From a candidate division FCPU426 bacterium (GTDB taxonomy: Bacteria > Oederibacteriota > JAAXVQ01 > JAUVAV01), in assembly GCA_040756875.1 (NCBI GenBank), contig JBFLYH010000001.1, positions 576,001-640,000 of the forward strand: a stretch of DNA of 64,000 nt. The letters run 5' to 3'. Made by a program: the position numbers and the translations under genes. Below are positions 8,645 to 19,800 of this stretch, one piece after another (position 1 is the stretch's first letter; each line of letters opens with the position of its first letter). The notes under the pieces are model-generated. The model did not search any database and was not told the origin of the DNA. It saw nothing but the letters and a program-made list of their open reading frames with translations.

Positions 8645-10711
8645 ATGATCGGGAACTGGAGAGCATGCCTGATGCTGGGAGTCTGGTTGAGCGCCACCCT
8701 GGCGGCGTCCGCCGCCTGGGCGCAGGAACCGTCCGAAGAAGCGTCCCTGGCGGACCTGATCTACATGGGCGTTTCCGTGGCTTCCAAAAAAGTCGAAAGC
8801 ATCCATGATGCACCGGGCGTGGTGTCCGTGATTACCAGCCGGGACATTGCCAGCCTGCCCGCGGAAACCTTGTATGACATCCTGAAAACCATCCCCGGAG
8901 TGACGATCACCGAATCCTTTTTCGGCTACACGGACATCAGCTTCCGCGGCATCAAGGAAACGCACTACAACAACCGGACCCTGCTGCTGCTGAACGGCAC
9001 GCCGATCCGCGACGTGACGGTCGGCACCCACTGGCTGGAAGCCATCCCGGCGGATGTGATCGACAAAATTGAAATCATCCGCGGCCCGGGCTCGGTGCTT
9101 TATGGAACCGGCGCTTTTGCGGGCGTGATCAGCGTGATCACCAAAAAAGAGGCGCCGCTGGCCAAAGCCGCGTTCATGGGCGGCAGCAAGACCACGTTGC
9201 ACGGCGATCTGACCGTGGCTCAGAAGCTCACGGACATGGGCTTTCTGCTCGGCGGTTCCTATCACGAAAGCAAAGGGTATTACGCCGAGGTCAAGGACGA
9301 GAGCGGCCGCACGGCCCAAATGGGCAGCTATCCCAAGGACCCGGACGCTTATGAAAACGATTTTTACAATCTCTTCGGGAGTTTTTCCTGCTCCGGGTTC
9401 GATCTGGACCTGTATCACTTCCGCGAAGAGAAGGACAAGTTCGGCATCGTGCCTACGCACGCCACCACCGGCGAAGCGGTCATGCAGGCCAGCGGCGCCA
9501 CGGTGCGGTATGAAGGCGATCTGCAACCGGTGAACCTCAGCTCGCGTGTCCACTATGCCGAATCGAAATACAACAGTTATCTGGATATGTTCGCCGGCGC
9601 GCCCATGGACACCATGTATTCCGGCCAGAAATTCGGCCTGGACGTCGACGGCCGCATGGAAGTCATGGCCGACCAGACCGTGGGCTTGGGCGTTTCCTAT
9701 GAGCAGCAAAAGACCTATCCCTACCAGTTCGTCAATCTCCTGACCCACACGGTCAGTTCTTACTCGGCTTTTCTGAGGGAGTATGAAACCAGCGACCTCT
9801 CGGTTTACGCCCAGCTGGACGCCCGGGTTATTTCCTCGCTCCGCGCGGTCGGTGGATTGCGGTATAACCACAACCAGGATTACGGCGATACCTATGTCCC
9901 CAGGGGCAGTCTGATTTATACGGTCATGGACGGGCTCTTTTTGAAGCTGTTGTACGGCCAGGCTTACCGCAATCCGACTTTCTTCGAGAAATACGTCAAT
10001 ACCCGGGATGTGCTCTACGGGGACCCCGAGCTGGCACCCGAACGGATCGAAACCCTCGAATTGAACACGGATTGGCAGATCAGCGCGGATCACGCCGTGC
10101 GCTTGACCTTGTTTTCATTGTCCACCAACGACATGATCGGCCGCGTGAAGACCTGGCGCGCGGGCGAAGTGCCGCCTGTGACCCTGCTCGAGAACCGCGG
10201 GGCGTCGACCACGCCCACGCGCAATACGCCGGGGTACGCCAACACAGCCGGCCAGCAGATCAACGGGTTGGAACTAGAATTGAACGGGAAAATATATCAG
10301 GAGTGGCTGGGCTATACGCTGAACGCCTCGTATAAGGAAGGCAAGGAGAAGTCCAATTGGAGTCCGGTGCAATACCTGGATCAAATCGTCGGTAACTTGA
10401 TCCTGACCAATAAGATCGATCAGTTCGACACCAGCCTGAGCCTCGAGATGGTGGGGCCGCGGCGCGGCAACATCGATTCCGGCGTGGCAGCGCCAGGGTT
10501 CACCCGCGGCCAGGAAATCACGGTGCCGGCCTATGCGCTCTTGAATTTGAAAACCACCTATACGGTTATCAGCAACTTGACCGTCAGCCTGATCGCGCGC
10601 AACCTGCTGGGTCAGGAAGTCCTTTATCCTGAATACATCCGCCGCCGGATCGACGTCGTTCCAGGGGACAGCGGCGTGAATGTGTTCGGGCAGGTGTGCT
10701 ATCAGTATTAA
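8645..10711 (+). CDS. TonB-dependent outer membrane receptor
   Basis: Signal peptide; plug motifs DAPGVVSVIT and IDKIEIIRGPGSVLYG..AFAGVI; barrel ending in YQY. Confidence 0.93.
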   Translation: MIGNWRACLMLGVWLSATLAASAAWAQEPSEEASLADLIYMGVSVASKKVESIHDAPGVVSVITSRDIASLPAETLYDILKTIPGVTITESFFGYTDISFRGIKETHYNNRTLLLLNGTPIRDVTVGTHWLEAIPADVIDKIEIIRGPGSVLYGTGAFAGVISVITKKEAPLAKAAFMGGSKTTLHGDLTVAQKLTDMGFLLGGSYHESKGYYAEVKDESGRTAQMGSYPKDPDAYENDFYNLFGSFSCSGFDLDLYHFREEKDKFGIVPTHATTGEAVMQASGATVRYEGDLQPVNLSSRVHYAESKYNSYLDMFAGAPMDTMYSGQKFGLDVDGRMEVMADQTVGLGVSYEQQKTYPYQFVNLLTHTVSSYSAFLREYETSDLSVYAQLDARVISSLRAVGGLRYNHNQDYGDTYVPRGSLIYTVMDGLFLKLLYGQAYRNPTFFEKYVNTRDVLYGDPELAPERIETLELNTDWQISADHAVRLTLFSLSTNDMIGRVKTWRAGEVPPVTLLENRGASTTPTRNTPGYANTAGQQINGLELELNGKIYQEWLGYTLNASYKEGKEKSNWSPVQYLDQIVGNLILTNKIDQFDTSLSLEMVGPRRGNIDSGVAAPGFTRGQEITVPAYALLNLKTTYTVISNLTVSLIARNLLGQEVLYPEYIRRRIDVVPGDSGVNVFGQVCYQY

Positions 10712-10792
10712 TCGGCGGCAGGACGCGAAATACGGTTTTTCAAGGCAGCCTGTCGAAGACAGGCGCGCCATCTTGAACGGAGCGAACAACCT

Positions 10793-11716
10793 ATGAGTAA
10801 TCGTCTGCACGGAATCAAACCTGTCGCCCGGATGACCGCTGTGCTGCTGTTCCTGGCCGGCTGGACCTGCGTCGTTCCGGCTCAAGCGGCCAAGGTGAAA
10901 ATATTGCTCAGCCGGAGTTCCGGGCCCTATGAAGAGGTGAGGGAATCCGTCCAGAAGCAAGCGGCTTTCGAAACCGAGGCGGTTTTTATTTCCGGAAAAA
11001 TTGACGAGGATCAGGAAACGGTTTCGCGCTTTAAATTGGAAGACACCCCGCTGTTGCTGGCGCTTGGAACCCAGGCGTTGGCCCCCGTGGCCAAGCTGGA
11101 CGAGCGCATCCCCGTGGTGTATACGCTCGTGTTCGACCCGGTTCCGCTTCCGGTAAGGATCAGTTCGGGCGTTGTGATTCAGATTCCCCTCCAGGACCAA
11201 TTGGGAAAACTGGCCAAACTGTTTCCGCAAAGAAAGCAAATCGGCGTTCTGTTCAATCCGGATTTCTCCCAGGAATTGGTCAACCAGGCGCGCGAGGCGG
11301 CTGAAAGCCTGGGCCTGCGCCTGCTGGTCGTGCCGGTGCTGAAGTCTGCGGATTTGCCGGCCGCCTTGGGACGCCTGCAGGAAGGGGCGGCTGAATTGAT
11401 TTGGATGATTGCGGATCAGACGATCGTGCATCCCCAGGCTGTGAAGACCATTGCCGAGTTCTCGGGCAAAAACCGGCTGCCCCTGATCGGGCTTTCGCTC
11501 TATCACGTGCAGAACGGGGCGTTGGCGGCTTTTTCCGTGGATTTCAACGATGTCGGCCAACAGACCGCGGAATTGGCCAAGCGCGTGCTGGACGGGCAGG
11601 AGACGAAAGCCGTGGAAAAACCCCGCAAGGTGATCATTTATGTCAACCGGCGGGTGAAGCAGCAGATGCAAATCAAAGATTTGGCGGAGTTGCCCGAAAT
11701 TCAGTACGTGCCCTGA
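10793..11716 (+). CDS. Periplasmic substrate-binding protein (ABC_sub_bind type)
   Basis: Signal peptide; IGVLFNP, WMIADQTIV, VQNGALAAFSVDFNDVGQQTAELA, IYVNRRV. Confidence 0.82.
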   Translation: MSNRLHGIKPVARMTAVLLFLAGWTCVVPAQAAKVKILLSRSSGPYEEVRESVQKQAAFETEAVFISGKIDEDQETVSRFKLEDTPLLLALGTQALAPVAKLDERIPVVYTLVFDPVPLPVRISSGVVIQIPLQDQLGKLAKLFPQRKQIGVLFNPDFSQELVNQAREAAESLGLRLLVVPVLKSADLPAALGRLQEGAAELIWMIADQTIVHPQAVKTIAEFSGKNRLPLIGLSLYHVQNGALAAFSVDFNDVGQQTAELAKRVLDGQETKAVEKPRKVIIYVNRRVKQQMQIKDLAELPEIQYVP

Positions 11717-11728
11717 GGGAGGGGCGCG

Positions 11729-13120
11729 ATGGATTTGTTTGACCACGCGGCGGAACGCCAGCCCGGCCTGACACCTTTGGCCGACCGGATGCGGCCCCGC
11801 CAGCTCGAAGAAATGGTGGGGCAGGACCACCTGCTGGCCCCGGGCAAGGTGTTGCGCCAGACGATCGAACGCGATCGTCTGCCGTCGATGATTTTTTGGG
11901 GGCCGCCGGGCTCCGGCAAGACCACGCTGGCCCGCCTGATCGCCGGCTACACCGGCGCCGAATTCAAATCCTATTCCGCCGTCACCTCGGGACTTAAAGA
12001 GTTGCGCGAGGTGCTGGCCGGCGCGCAAATGCTGAAAAAGCACCACAGCCGCCAAACCATCCTGTTCATCGACGAAATCCACCGCTTCAATAAAGCCCAG
12101 CAGGACGCTTTTCTTCCGGCCGTGGAAAAAGGCACGGTGGTTCTGGTGGGCGCCACCACGGAAAATCCCTCCTTTGAAGTGAATGCCGCCTTGCTCTCCC
12201 GGTGCCGTGTGTTCGTTCTCAATCCGCTTTCGGCCGATCATCAGCTCCTCATTCTCCAACAGGCGCTGGCGGACGCCGAACGGGGGCTGGGCTCACTGGG
12301 CTGCCGGGCCGAAGAAGCGGCGCTCAGGCATCTGGCCGAACGGGCGCATGGAGACGCGCGAGCCGCATTGAACGGCCTGGAACTGGCCGCCACTTTGGCC
12401 GCCACCCTGCCCGAAGGCGGCCGCGTCATCACCTTGGCGCTGGCCGAGGAAGCTTTGCAGCATAAAGCCTTGCGGTATGACCGCGCTGGCGAAGAGCATT
12501 ATAATTTGATTTCCGCCTTGCATAAAAGCGTCCGCGGATCGGATCCGGATGCGGCCCTCTATTGGCTGGGGCGCATGCTGGAAGCGGGCGAGGACCCGCT
12601 GTATCTGTTGCGCCGCATGTCGCGCATGGCCAGCGAGGACATCGGCTTGGCCGACCCCCAGGCCCTGGTTCTGGCCGCGGCCGCCCGGCAGGTGTTCGAA
12701 CTGGTCGGACTGCCGGAAGGCAAGCTGGCCCTGGCTCAGCTGGCGGTTTACCTGGCGCTGGCGCCCAAGAGCAACGCCCTGGAAGCGGGGTATCTGCAAG
12801 TGGCGGATGCCGTCCGCCGGCAGGGTGAGCTGGAAGTTCCGCTGCATATCCGCAACGCCCCCACCACCTTCATGCGCAACCTGGGGTACGGTAAAGAATA
12901 CCGCTACGCCCACGATTACGAAGGGCATTGGGTGGCGGATGACTACCTGCCGGACGCCCTGCGCCGTGAGCGTTTCTACCGGCCCGGGGCCTTGGGCTGG
13001 GAAGGGGAGCGAAAGACGCTGCTGGAAGACCGCCTGCGCCAGAGGGAAGCATCCAGGGGCTCAGGGGATCAGCGGCCAGAGCCGCGCCTGGGTGAAAAAA
13101 AACCTGATATAAACCCCTAA
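11729..13120 (+). CDS. rarA: Replication-associated recombination protein A (AAA+ ATPase)
   Basis: PLADRMRP, Walker [47 protein letters not shown]. Confidence 0.97.
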   Translation: MDLFDHAAERQPGLTPLADRMRPRQLEEMVGQDHLLAPGKVLRQTIERDRLPSMIFWGPPGSGKTTLARLIAGYTGAEFKSYSAVTSGLKELREVLAGAQMLKKHHSRQTILFIDEIHRFNKAQQDAFLPAVEKGTVVLVGATTENPSFEVNAALLSRCRVFVLNPLSADHQLLILQQALADAERGLGSLGCRAEEAALRHLAERAHGDARAALNGLELAATLAATLPEGGRVITLALAEEALQHKALRYDRAGEEHYNLISALHKSVRGSDPDAALYWLGRMLEAGEDPLYLLRRMSRMASEDIGLADPQALVLAAAARQVFELVGLPEGKLALAQLAVYLALAPKSNALEAGYLQVADAVRRQGELEVPLHIRNAPTTFMRNLGYGKEYRYAHDYEGHWVADDYLPDALRRERFYRPGALGWEGERKTLLEDRLRQREASRGSGDQRPEPRLGEKKPDINP

Positions 13121-13169
13121 CTGACCGAGTCTAATAGGCAGAGCGTATGATCAGCCTGCATTAAGGGGG

Positions 13170-13916
13170 GTGGACGCCTTGCCTCAGGCCGCGGTTTCAT
13201 CCACGACCTCTTCTGTCCGAAAGATTCCCTGGTATTTCATCACGATCATCACTTTTTTCGCGCTGCCGATCATCTATCTCTGGCGGGGACTGAAAAAGGA
13301 GGATTACCCGGCGTTCTTTCAGACCGTGGGCTTGGTCATGGCCCTGGGGTATGCCTGGAGTTACCTGGTGAGCGCCATGGGCTGGTGGACTTTTGCTCCG
13401 GAGTGCATGCTGGGCATCCAGGTGCTGCCGCATCTGCCCTTAGAGGAGGTTTTGTTTTATCCGCTAGGCGGCGCGCTCAGCGTTTTAATCTATCTCAAGC
13501 TTAAATCCCTGGGCCGTTTTTCGAAACGGGCGGATCTGGCGGCCATGCTGGTGCTGGCCGGCATTACAGCGCTGGCCATGGGGTTGATCATTTACGTTCG
13601 GGTTTCCCGCGGCCACTGGGCTTATTATCTGATCAGCCAGCTGGCGCTTTTCAACGCGCTGACCTTGGTTCTGTGGTGGATACCGCGCGCCCGTTTTTTG
13701 CTGGGGCCGGCAACCGTCGGGGTGTTGGGTATGACGTGCATCGGATTTTTCTGGAACTGGCTGGCGTTCACCCAGGGCTGGTGGGCTTATCATGCCACGC
13801 TGGGGTGGATGTTTCCTCCGCGCGTGCCTATCGATGACTGGAACTTTTTTCTATTTGCCCCGCTGGCGGCCATTTCGCTCTACGGTTGCCTGCGGGGAAA
13901 GGAGCCGGCGTCTTGA
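13170..13916 (+). CDS. Lycopene-cyclase-domain (CrtYc/d-like) membrane protein, two repeats
   Basis: Multi-TM; GWWTF..LGIQVLPHLPLEEVLFY and GWWAY..LGWMFPPRVPIDDWNFF. Confidence 0.75.
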   Translation: MDALPQAAVSSTTSSVRKIPWYFITIITFFALPIIYLWRGLKKEDYPAFFQTVGLVMALGYAWSYLVSAMGWWTFAPECMLGIQVLPHLPLEEVLFYPLGGALSVLIYLKLKSLGRFSKRADLAAMLVLAGITALAMGLIIYVRVSRGHWAYYLISQLALFNALTLVLWWIPRARFLLGPATVGVLGMTCIGFFWNWLAFTQGWWAYHATLGWMFPPRVPIDDWNFFLFAPLAAISLYGCLRGKEPAS

Positions 13917-14248
13917 ATTGGCCCTGGTATTTGCTCCTCGACGTGTTTCTGTGGGCCGTGGCTGCGGGGTTGATGCTGTGGGCGTGGCCGCGCATGGATG
14001 CGGCCGGCCGGCGAGACGCCTGCCTGACGGCCTGCCTGGTCATGGCACTGCAAGTGGGCAATGAACTGCTCAGCCTGCGGGTTTTCCACGCCTGGTCTTT
14101 CTCGCAGGCGCACAACCGCCTGCTGGGCCTCGACCTTTTGGGCGCGCCGGTGGAGGAATACCTGTTTTGGTTCGCCTTTGCCTGGATGATTCCTTTCGGG
14201 TACGCGGGCCTGGCCAGCCGGGAGGTGCGGACCGATGCCGGAAAATGA
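13913..14248 (+). CDS. Lycopene-cyclase-domain membrane protein
   Basis: TTG start with SD AAGGAG, overlapping the upstream TGA; AWSF..LLGLDLLGAPVEEYLFW. Confidence 0.78.
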   Translation: MNWPWYLLLDVFLWAVAAGLMLWAWPRMDAAGRRDACLTACLVMALQVGNELLSLRVFHAWSFSQAHNRLLGLDLLGAPVEEYLFWFAFAWMIPFGYAGLASREVRTDAGK

Positions 14249-14621
14249 AATCAACGGTTGCCCGGGGTCAGTCACCTATCGGGAAGGCCGCAAGCGGCTG
14301 TATTTAATCTGGTGGGTGGTGGGCGTGCTGGTTCAGGTGCTGGCCTGCCTGCCCGTGGCCTGGAAACGGATCCGCTGGCGGGCTTTGCTATGGACGTCGC
14401 TCGGCTTCCTGGGACTGATGTTCGCGGTCGAATCCCTGGCCCTGTATTGGGGCTGGTGGGTTTGGAACGAACAGCTGCTCTGGGGCGTGAAAGTCGGCGT
14501 GGTGCCGCTCGAGGAATTCCTGCTGTATTTCCTGGTCGTGCCTTCGGTTATCACCCTGCAAGCGCTGATCCAGGCGCTGTTTTGTCCCCGCCCGGCAAGC
14601 CCGCCTCAGCCCGGTGCATAA
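14235..14621 (+). CDS. Lycopene-cyclase-domain membrane protein
   Basis: SD GGAGG; GWWVW..LWGVKVGVVPLEEFLLYF. Confidence 0.78.
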   Translation: MPENEINGCPGSVTYREGRKRLYLIWWVVGVLVQVLACLPVAWKRIRWRALLWTSLGFLGLMFAVESLALYWGWWVWNEQLLWGVKVGVVPLEEFLLYFLVVPSVITLQALIQALFCPRPASPPQPGA

Positions 14622-14721
14622 AACCTCCTGGCAATTAAAACAGTTTTCGATATAATAGTTCCGTATTCCCAAGGTCGACCTGCCGTCTACCTGCCTGCCG
14701 ATCCCGGAGGGGGATTCAGAG

Positions 14722-16392
14722 GTGAAAACCGCCTCATTGCATGAGTTCCAGTTGTTTCGCGTATGTCTGCTCCTGACATTCGTCGCCCCGCTGCTGTTCC
14801 TCCCGTTTGAGCACATTTTCGTGCTGCCGGCTTTTCGCTGGGGCATTTACGGCGTTATTTTCTTTTCCGTGGCTTACAGCGCAGCCTTGTGGCGGTGGAT
14901 CACAACGGAGAGATACCTGCCCGGCGTTTTCCTGTTTCTTGCCTGCCACCTGGCGGGGGATACCCTGGCCGTGGTTTTCCATTCTCCGGCCTGCCAGGTC
15001 TGGGCGTTTTTCGTGGTTTACACCTTCATCTCGGTTTTCAACGTCATCCTGGTGCCCTGGCCGTCGCTGCTGGCGACCAGCGGCCTGCTCTACGCCGTGA
15101 TCGCCGTTTTCATGCTGGCGCCGGTGAGCGGTTTCCGCCAGGCGGCGGCCCATTACGAATTCTGGGGGCTGGGGTTCCCGTTCGTCCTGACCGCGGCCTT
15201 GGTCTGGTTCGCGCTGGTGATGATCATCGGCATTGCGGTGACGGAAGCCTCCCGCCGCAAGGAGCGGCTGCTCAATCATCAGGTGGCCGAAAAAAACGCC
15301 GAGGCGCTGCAATCGCGGACGCAGCTGGAAACCATCCTCCGCTACCTGTCCGTGGGCGTGGTGATCATCGACGAGCGATTGCGGCCGATCTACACCAACC
15401 GCGTGCATTTCGATTTCGTTCCCGAAGGGGACGATTGGCGGGAATTGCCGGGCAGCGCGTTCCCGTTGTCGTTTTTACGCGAGCAATTTTTAAGCGAACG
15501 GGGCCGGCAGCTGCTTGGCTCCCGGCAGGACATCGTCGGCCACCGCCTGGAATACACGGCGCCTTCGGGGTTGTCGAAAATACTGAGGTATTCTTTCGTC
15601 GCCATGCCGCTGGCTTCGGGGGCGGGAAACGCCCTGCGCCTGGTGCTGTTTACCGAGGACATCACCGAGGAAGAAGTGCTGCGCGAGAAGCTGGTTCACA
15701 CCAACCATCTCGCGGAAATGGGCAAAATGGCGGCCGGCCTGGTGCATGAAATCAACAATCCCCTCCAGGGGATCAAGCTGAACCTGGGGCTGCTGGAACT
15801 GGGAATCGTGGAAGAGGACAGGCGCAAACAGGTTTTCGCCAATCTGGAGGAGGGCATCAGCCGCATCAACCGCATCGCGCGCAGCTTTTTGTCCTTTGCA
15901 CGCCAGGAGAAACCCCGGCGCCAATGGACGAAACTGCCCGTGCTGCTGCATGACACCTTGAGCATGGCCTGTAATTTCAAACAGCTTTACGACATCCACA
16001 TCCAGCTGGAATGCGAGGAGGAGATCCCGGCGGTTTCTGTGGACCGGAGCCGCATGGAAATCGTGTTTGTCAACCTGCTCAACAACGCCTGCGACGCCAT
16101 GGCCGGAAAGGGCGGGCAGTTGAAGATCAGCTGTTCCCACGACGCCACGCACGTCATCGTCCGCTTTCAGGACACGGGCAAAGGCATCCGCCAGGAGGAT
16201 CTCCCGAGGATTTTCATCCCTTTTTTCACCACCAAGGAGCGCGGATTCGGGACGGGATTGGGGCTGGCCACCAGCTACGGCATTGTGCGGGAACACGGCG
16301 GCACCATGGAGGTGGAAAGCCGGGAAGGGGCGGGCGCAACGTTCATCATCCGCCTGCCCATTGTCACCCAGGACGAGGCCGGCCATGCCTGA
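14722..16392 (+). CDS. Membrane sensor histidine kinase (multi-TM, PAS-like, NtrB-type core)
   Basis: H-box VHEINNPL, N-box NLLNNACDA, G1 DTGKGI, F-box FFTTK, G2 GTGLGL; TATAAT at 14651-14656 upstream. Confidence 0.94.
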   Translation: MKTASLHEFQLFRVCLLLTFVAPLLFLPFEHIFVLPAFRWGIYGVIFFSVAYSAALWRWITTERYLPGVFLFLACHLAGDTLAVVFHSPACQVWAFFVVYTFISVFNVILVPWPSLLATSGLLYAVIAVFMLAPVSGFRQAAAHYEFWGLGFPFVLTAALVWFALVMIIGIAVTEASRRKERLLNHQVAEKNAEALQSRTQLETILRYLSVGVVIIDERLRPIYTNRVHFDFVPEGDDWRELPGSAFPLSFLREQFLSERGRQLLGSRQDIVGHRLEYTAPSGLSKILRYSFVAMPLASGAGNALRLVLFTEDITEEEVLREKLVHTNHLAEMGKMAAGLVHEINNPLQGIKLNLGLLELGIVEEDRRKQVFANLEEGISRINRIARSFLSFARQEKPRRQWTKLPVLLHDTLSMACNFKQLYDIHIQLECEEEIPAVSVDRSRMEIVFVNLLNNACDAMAGKGGQLKISCSHDATHVIVRFQDTGKGIRQEDLPRIFIPFFTTKERGFGTGLGLATSYGIVREHGGTMEVESREGAGATFIIRLPIVTQDEAGHA

Positions 16393-16744
16393 ACGCCCGG
16401 CCCGCATCCTGGTGGTGGACGACGAAGCAGCCATCCGGCAGCCGGTGAAATGGTTCCTGACCAACGCCGGCTATTTCGTGGACGAAGCGGAGAACGGCGT
16501 CGAAGCCCTGGACCTGGTGAAAATCAGCCGCTACGACCTGATCATTCTGGACCTCCGTATGCCCTATCTGGACGGGCGCCAGTTTCTGGAAGCGCTGCGG
16601 GAAAACCGCATCCGCGTGCCGGTGCTGGTGATGTCCGCGGTTGAAACCACGGAGAAACTGTATCTGGAACAAGGCCGCTTAATTAAAACCTTCAGTCTGT
16701 CCCAATTGAAAGCGCAAGTCGAAAAAATCCTGTCCGCCTCCTGA
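16385..16744 (+). CDS. Single-domain response regulator (CheY-like)
   Basis: ILVVDDE, phospho-acceptor LDLRMP, VMSA; overlaps the kinase stop. Confidence 0.92.
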   Translation: MPERPARILVVDDEAAIRQPVKWFLTNAGYFVDEAENGVEALDLVKISRYDLIILDLRMPYLDGRQFLEALRENRIRVPVLVMSAVETTEKLYLEQGRLIKTFSLSQLKAQVEKILSAS

Positions 16745-16815
16745 ACCGCCTGATAACGGCCATGCCAGGCCGGTTGCGGTGCGGGCGAGGAATGCCCTGA
16801 AAAAGGAGTGTGCTT

Positions 16816-19800
16816 ATGCCAGCCCTTCATCTGCGTATCGCCTGCGGTTTCCTGTTGCTCCTCGCGCTTGCCGGTTGCGGACCCCGCCCTGTTCCACCGG
16901 CGCAACAGGGGGGCCAGGGCGCGCTGACCCTGGAACAGGCCAGGGTGCTGTCCGGCCTCCCCGGCCGTTATGTTCACTACCGCAGCCCTCTCAAGTTCCT
17001 TTTTGCCAGGCCCATGGTCGCGTCCCAGGTGGTCGGGCAGGCAGACGGCCGGGAATTGCTCGTTTTGGAACCCCGAACCCCGGGGCGGGCTGTGTGGCGC
17101 TCGCGCACGGAACTGGAGTTCCAACCCGGCGCGCCCCTGCAGAAGTTCAAGACCTACCGGGGCGAATTGCAGTTGAGCGTCTTGGTGGATGATCCCACGC
17201 TGGCGCCGGTCTCCTTTGACTTCGACGCCGTGGGCAATGAGGTGGCCCGCCTGGAGGCTGAATTCAAACCAGCCCCTGAAAGCGGTGAACGCAAATTCGT
17301 CTTCGCCGGCAAGGTGGATTTCAACCAACCAATGGCCCGCGAAACGGTCTTCCGAAGCCTTTCGCTCAGAGGCGCCGGCGGGCCACTGGCCCTGACGGTG
17401 GAAGGATCAGATCCAGGGCAGGAATTCACTTTCTCCGCGCCGGCGGTCGCCCAAACCGCGCGCAAGCAGACGTACGAGCTGGCCCTCAAAGCCGCGGACC
17501 TGGATCTGGCGGCGGACATCAGCCAGACCTTGACCGTGCCCGCGGCCCGCCGGTTTCAGGTTGAACGCATCGAACCCCTGCCCGAAGGCGAGGAAGCCGG
17601 CTTCCGGGTGGACTTCACCGAAGCTTTGGCCTCGGCCGCCAACCCGGACGGGTTCGTTAAAGTCACGCCCGCGGTTTCCGTGCAGTTGAAGCCAATGGAG
17701 CACAAGCTGTACGTGCTGGGAGATTTTCAAGCCAACCGGGACTACACCGTCGAAATTCTGGCCGGCTTGAAAGACCGCTGGGGCGAACCGCTGCCAGCCA
17801 CTTACCGCCAACAAGTGCGCTTCGCGGACCAAAAACCCAGGTTGCGCTTCGTTAACCCGGGGTTGTTTCTGCCCACGGACAACCAGCAGCAGGTGGCGTT
17901 CGAAACCCTGAACCTGAAGGATGTGCATGTGGAAGTGCTGCAGGTGTTCGCCGGCAACCTGGGCCAATTCATGCAGACCGAAACCCTGCGCAACCGTTAC
18001 GCCGGGGAAGTGCCGTATTTCAACCAGTATGAATTCAGGCGCGTGGGCGTGGGGGTGGCGACGCAAAAGCTGCACATCGGCACCCAGAAAAACAAGCTCG
18101 TGACCCAGGCCCTCGATTTGTCGCGGCTCCTGGACCGCGACCGCAAGGGACTCTTCGTAGTACGGTTATGGGCCGAACGCGCGGACCTCCTGTACTCCAA
18201 CCAGGCGGAGCGGGAGGCGGCGGAGGACGAGGAGTACTGGAACGACAGTTATTACACCAATCCCTACAAGCAGGGATACCTCGAACGCCACGCCACGGCT
18301 TTGCTGCAGGTGGTGGTGAGCGACCTGGGCCTGACGGTCAAACGGGCCGGAACAGCCTACTGGGTGTTCGCCAACCATCTGCAATCCACCAAACCGCTGG
18401 CCGGCGTACGGGTGCGGCTGGTCAGCTACCAAAACCAGACCCTGGCCGAGGGCGCCACGGACCTGCAGGGACTGGCGGAATTCAAGGATGTGAAGGAGGA
18501 TGTGTTTTACGTGGAAGGGGAGTCGGGCGGCCAGCGCAGCCTGGTCAAGCTGGAGGACATGGCTTGGAACCTTTCCTCGTTCGATATTGATGGCAGCGAG
18601 GGCGGTTCTGGCCAGAACCGGGCCTTCGTGTTCCTGGACCGCGGCGTGTACCGGCCGGGTGACGCCATCCATCTCTCCCTGATCGTGCGCAACCACGAGG
18701 GCACATTCCCCGAGAACCACCCGGTGACAGTGAAGTTCTACAATCCTCGCAATCAGCTGGCGAGCGAGGCCACCAACCGCCAGGCGCGCGACGGTTTCTA
18801 TGCCTTTACTTTGCAGACGCAACCCGAGTCGCTGACCGGCGATTGGCGGGCGGAAATAACCGCCGGCGCAGCCGTATTTCACGAACAAATCAAAGTGGAG
18901 ACCGTCATCCCCAACCGGCTCAAAGTGGCGCTCACGCCGGCCAAAGCCGTGCTGGACCCCGGGGAGCGCGAGCTGCGCCTGTCCCTGGCCTCGAGTTATC
19001 TTTACGGAGCGCCGGCCTCGGAGTTGCAGGCCGAGGTCAGCGCTGATGTGCTGAGCGACGAACGCCGGTTCAACCGTTTTCCCGACTTCAATTTCACCGA
19101 CGAAGCGGTTCGTTTCCGGCCGTGGCAGTCCGCGGTATGGGAAGGAACGCTGGACAGCGCGGGTGAGGCGCAATTTGCCTGGGCCCTGCCGGCATTCGGA
19201 AAAGCGCCCTCGGGTTTGCGGGCGCGCCTTACGGCCAAAGTCCTCGAAAAGGGAGGGCGGTTTACCCAGCACTGGCTGGACGTGGACATCAATCCCTTTG
19301 GCCGCTACGTGGGCCTGAGGCGCCCGGCCATGGAATACGGTTATGTCGCCGTGCCGCAGGACGTGCAAACCGACGTAGTGCTCGTGGCGCCCGACGGGCG
19401 TCCGGTGCCCGGCCGCACGCTCGCGTACCGGCTGTACCGCAATCGCCAGTGGTGGTGGTGGGAATACCGCGACGACCAGGATCGGCGGCTCAAGTTCAAG
19501 ACCGACCGCTCCACGGATCTGGCTCAGGAAGGCGTGGTGGTTACCGGCCAGCGTCCGGCGCGGCTGGCGTTGAAAATCGAGGAGCCCGGCGAGTACCTGC
19601 TCGAGGTCGCGGACGGCGACGAAGGGCATGTGGCGGGCTATTTTTTCGAGGCCAGCCGTTGGGGCGAAACCGCGGGCTCGCGCCAGGATGCGGGCGACGT
19701 CATCCTGAAGGCCGACCGGGACCTGTACCATCCCGGGGACAAGGCCGTGGTCCGGTTTCCCGTGCCCGGCGAAGGCCGGGTGCTGTTCACGCTGGAGCGC

